This document shows, piece by piece, positions 34,644 through 36,416 of a stretch of 36,416 bases of DNA. Within the stretch, counting starts at the first letter, position 1. The number at the start of each line of letters is the position of its first letter. The DNA comes from a virus (Duplodnaviria > Heunggongvirae > Uroviricota > Caudoviricetes): the IMG/VR virus record IMGVR_UViG_2648501873_000005. One strand, given 5' to 3'. Made by a program: the position numbers and the translations under genes. Under the pieces are notes generated by a model. It was not told the origin of the DNA, searched no databases, and saw only the letters and a list, made by a program, of their open reading frames with translations.

Positions 34644-34943
34644 ATGAAAATGGATATAACACCTTTCCTTCATGCGCTTTGTGCTGTGGCTGCGCAGCTA
34701 CTGATTGGTCTTTTTACCGGGAACTGGGCTTACGGGGCGATAGCCGGTTGTACGTTCTTCATTGCGCGTGAACACACCCAGGCAGAATATCGCTGGATCG
34801 AAATGTTCGGGCATGGCAAGCGAATGAATATGCCGTGGTGGGGCGGTTTTGATCCGCGCGCGTGGGATGTGGCAAGCCTGATGGATTTTGCTGTGCCGGT
34901 GGTGGCGTGTCTGCTGGTCTGGCTGTTGGTTAATCGTGGGTGA
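34644..34943 (+). CDS. Hypothetical membrane protein (about 100 aa)
   Basis: Two or three hydrophobic segments. Preceded by hairpin GGGGC..GCCCC plus T-run. Its stop codon abuts the tfa remnant. Start could be 34650. Confidence 0.4.
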   Translation: MKMDITPFLHALCAVAAQLLIGLFTGNWAYGAIAGCTFFIAREHTQAEYRWIEMFGHGKRMNMPWWGGFDPRAWDVASLMDFAVPVVACLLVWLLVNRG

Positions 34944-34953
34944 AAAAAGGTGA

Positions 34954-35082
34954 GCTGTATATGCAACGGAGGAAGAAACCTCGTTGCGGGAAGCCTGGAA
35001 GAAGTATCGGGTGTTGCTGAACCGTGTTGATACATCAACTGCACCTGATATTGAGTGGCCTACGAACCCTGTCAGGGAGTAA
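34954..35082 (+). pseudogene. 3' remnant of a tail fibre assembly (tfa) gene, last ~42 codons
   Basis: Translates to ..[39 protein letters not shown], nearly identical to the C-terminus of the complete Tfa-like ORF at 35862-36131. No start codon or N-terminal region. Confidence 0.55.
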
Positions 35083-35131
35083 TCATTGGGATTATGCCGC
35101 AGCACGTCTTAAGCAAGAACGTGCTGCGGTT
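34962..35131 (+). repeat. Direct repeat copy 1 (about 170 bp, tfa 3' end plus downstream hairpin)
   Basis: Matches 36012-36181 at high identity; includes the 10-bp inverted repeat CCGCAGCACG..CGTGCTGCGG. Confidence 0.7.
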
Positions 35132-35136
35132 GGATG

Positions 35137-35805
35137 CTATTTTTTCCCTGAAGCGGAAAACATTACTACAGTACCTTGAACCTTGGTTTTAACATTCTCG
35201 AAATGCTCTGAGAGTATATGTGTTAAGCCTTCTTCGGAATCTTTTGTGTTTGAAAAGATGCCTTTCTGATTGTAAATGCGCATCAGTTTTTGACCGAAGC
35301 TATTGTGCACAACTCCATCGCCAAGAATTGTGGCTCCGTATAGAGTTCCATCGTCAGTTAAGGCCTGCGCCGCATTGCGTATTACACAGCTTTTTGTAGA
35401 TATATTTCCAGGCAGGCAGTGAAGAAGGTAAAACATGGAAATGGAATCAAATTGACCATGTAACGCCGCGGGATAAGGTTCAAAAACATCATGGCTAATT
35501 TTATGTTTAATTTTTGATTCCCCAGCCCTTGTAGATGCCGCGTTCAGGCTAGCTTCGTTCAAATCCATTAAAGATATCAGACTACTCTCAGGTACGTGAG
35601 TAAGGTAAAACCCAGTTCCAACACCAATATCCAGATGGTTGTTACCTACATGTTCCAGAAAGTGTGGAAGAAGGTGTTCCTTTGTAGGACATCCCCATGC
35701 AAGCCGATTTGATACTCCCAAAACCCACCAGTCATAAAGCTTTAGGGTAAGTGGTGTGTAAATTTTAGCCCCATCATCTGTGTTTTTTTTCATTGATTTC
35801 ACCAT
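35137..35805 (-). CDS. Class I SAM-dependent methyltransferase in a low-GC island
   Basis: Minus-strand ORF of about 220 aa with Rossmann motif I HLDIGVGTGFYL and downstream acidic and hydrophobic motifs. Visibly AT-rich relative to flanks. Likely true start is the second ATG (plus 35793). Confidence 0.6.
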   Translation of the reverse strand: MVKSMKKNTDDGAKIYTPLTLKLYDWWVLGVSNRLAWGCPTKEHLLPHFLEHVGNNHLDIGVGTGFYLTHVPESSLISLMDLNEASLNAASTRAGESKIKHKISHDVFEPYPAALHGQFDSISMFYLLHCLPGNISTKSCVIRNAAQALTDDGTLYGATILGDGVVHNSFGQKLMRIYNQKGIFSNTKDSEEGLTHILSEHFENVKTKVQGTVVMFSASGKK

Positions 35806-35861
35806 GTTATAGTTTTATTTGTGAATTGAATCAATTATGGCGATGAATTACAAGGGGTTAA

Positions 35862-36131
35862 ATGCTGCCGCAGCATAGCGATATTGAAATAGCCTGGTAT
35901 GCTTCGATACAGCAGGAGCCGAATGGCTGGAAGACCGTCACCACACAGTTCTACATCCAGGAATTCAGTGAGTATATTGCGCCACTGCAGGATGCTGTAG
36001 ATCTGGAAATCGCAACGGAGGAAGAAAGATCGTTGCTGGAGGCATGGAATAAATATCGGGTATTGTTGAATCGTGTTGATACATCAACTGCACCTGATAT
36101 TGAGTGGCCTGCAAATCCTGTCAGGGAGTAA
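35862..36131 (+). CDS. Tail fibre assembly protein (Tfa) C-terminal-domain protein
   Basis: 89 aa ending ..[37 protein letters not shown] ribosome-binding site. Confidence 0.55.
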   Translation: MLPQHSDIEIAWYASIQQEPNGWKTVTTQFYIQEFSEYIAPLQDAVDLEIATEEERSLLEAWNKYRVLLNRVDTSTAPDIEWPANPVRE

Positions 36132-36181
36132 TCATTGGGATTATGCCGCAGATACGTCGTATGCAGGAACGTGCTGCGGTT
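36012..36181 (+). repeat. Direct repeat copy 2
   Basis: Matches 34962-35131. Confidence 0.7.
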
Positions 36182-36245
36182 AGTTTGTGAGCTTTCGATA
36201 GTGGTTGTTATTTTTGCCCTTATTTGTTCCGGAGGCCATGGTTCA

Positions 36246-36416
36246 ATGGTCCGTCTGCCCCCTGTGGTGATGTCAGCAAAATCAGCCACTGCGCGAACCA
36301 CAATAGCCCGGGAAGATGCTGAAGATCACCAGGTAAAGCTGTCAGCGCAGAAACTGGAAGAACTGCTCGCATCAATGGTTAAGAATGAGGTTGATCGCAA
36401 TGATGGGATTTATTGA
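36246..36416 (+). CDS. Small hypothetical ORF at the window edge
   Basis: 56-aa ORF with GGAGG 10 nt upstream, ending at the last base of the window. Confidence 0.2.
   Translation: MVRLPPVVMSAKSATARTTIAREDAEDHQVKLSAQKLEELLASMVKNEVDRNDGIY

Noticed and set aside
34950-36190. DNA-invertase shufflon (Gin/Pin/Min-type) acting on tfa segments
   Set aside because: The two tfa 3' copies are direct repeats on the same strand, not inverted; no serine recombinase gene and no recognisable 26-bp gix/hix-like crossover sites are present in the window.

Overview
This window reads as about 36 kb of the late region of a lambdoid prophage from an E. coli-like enterobacterial host, with an HK97-type head module and a lambda-type tail module, all on the + strand. 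Order: antiterminator Q with pR'/tR', a small ORF, a DNA N6-adenine methyltransferase, a tRNA cluster (Ile2-CAU, Arg-UCG, a degenerate Arg-UCU), a toxin-less stx-equivalent locus (twin structured repeats plus an AT-rich reverse ORF), a NanS-p-like esterase split by a 38-bp tandem duplication, a lysis cassette (S21-like holin, inserted convergent ORF pair, SAR endolysin, three tiny hydrophobic ORFs, Rz/Rz1), a TonB-C-like lipoprotein moron, a YlcI-like reverse gene, HNH endonuclease, a GTTAAC-rich cos-like region, TerS/TerL, protease-capsid fusion, a portal with a C-terminal 54-aa tandem-repeat extension, head-tail and tail genes through M, L, K, I, J, lom, stf, a second tail-fibre protein, and a low-GC reverse-strand SAM methyltransferase flanked by duplicated tfa 3' ends. 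No integrase, rRNA, CRISPR array or IS element was seen. All calls are by eye from the sequence and remembered protein families; no searches were run. The most likely candidates for undescribed biology are the accessory insertions: the lysis-cassette ORFs, the TonB-C lipoprotein, the I-J minus-strand sRNA candidate and the tfa-flanked methyltransferase.
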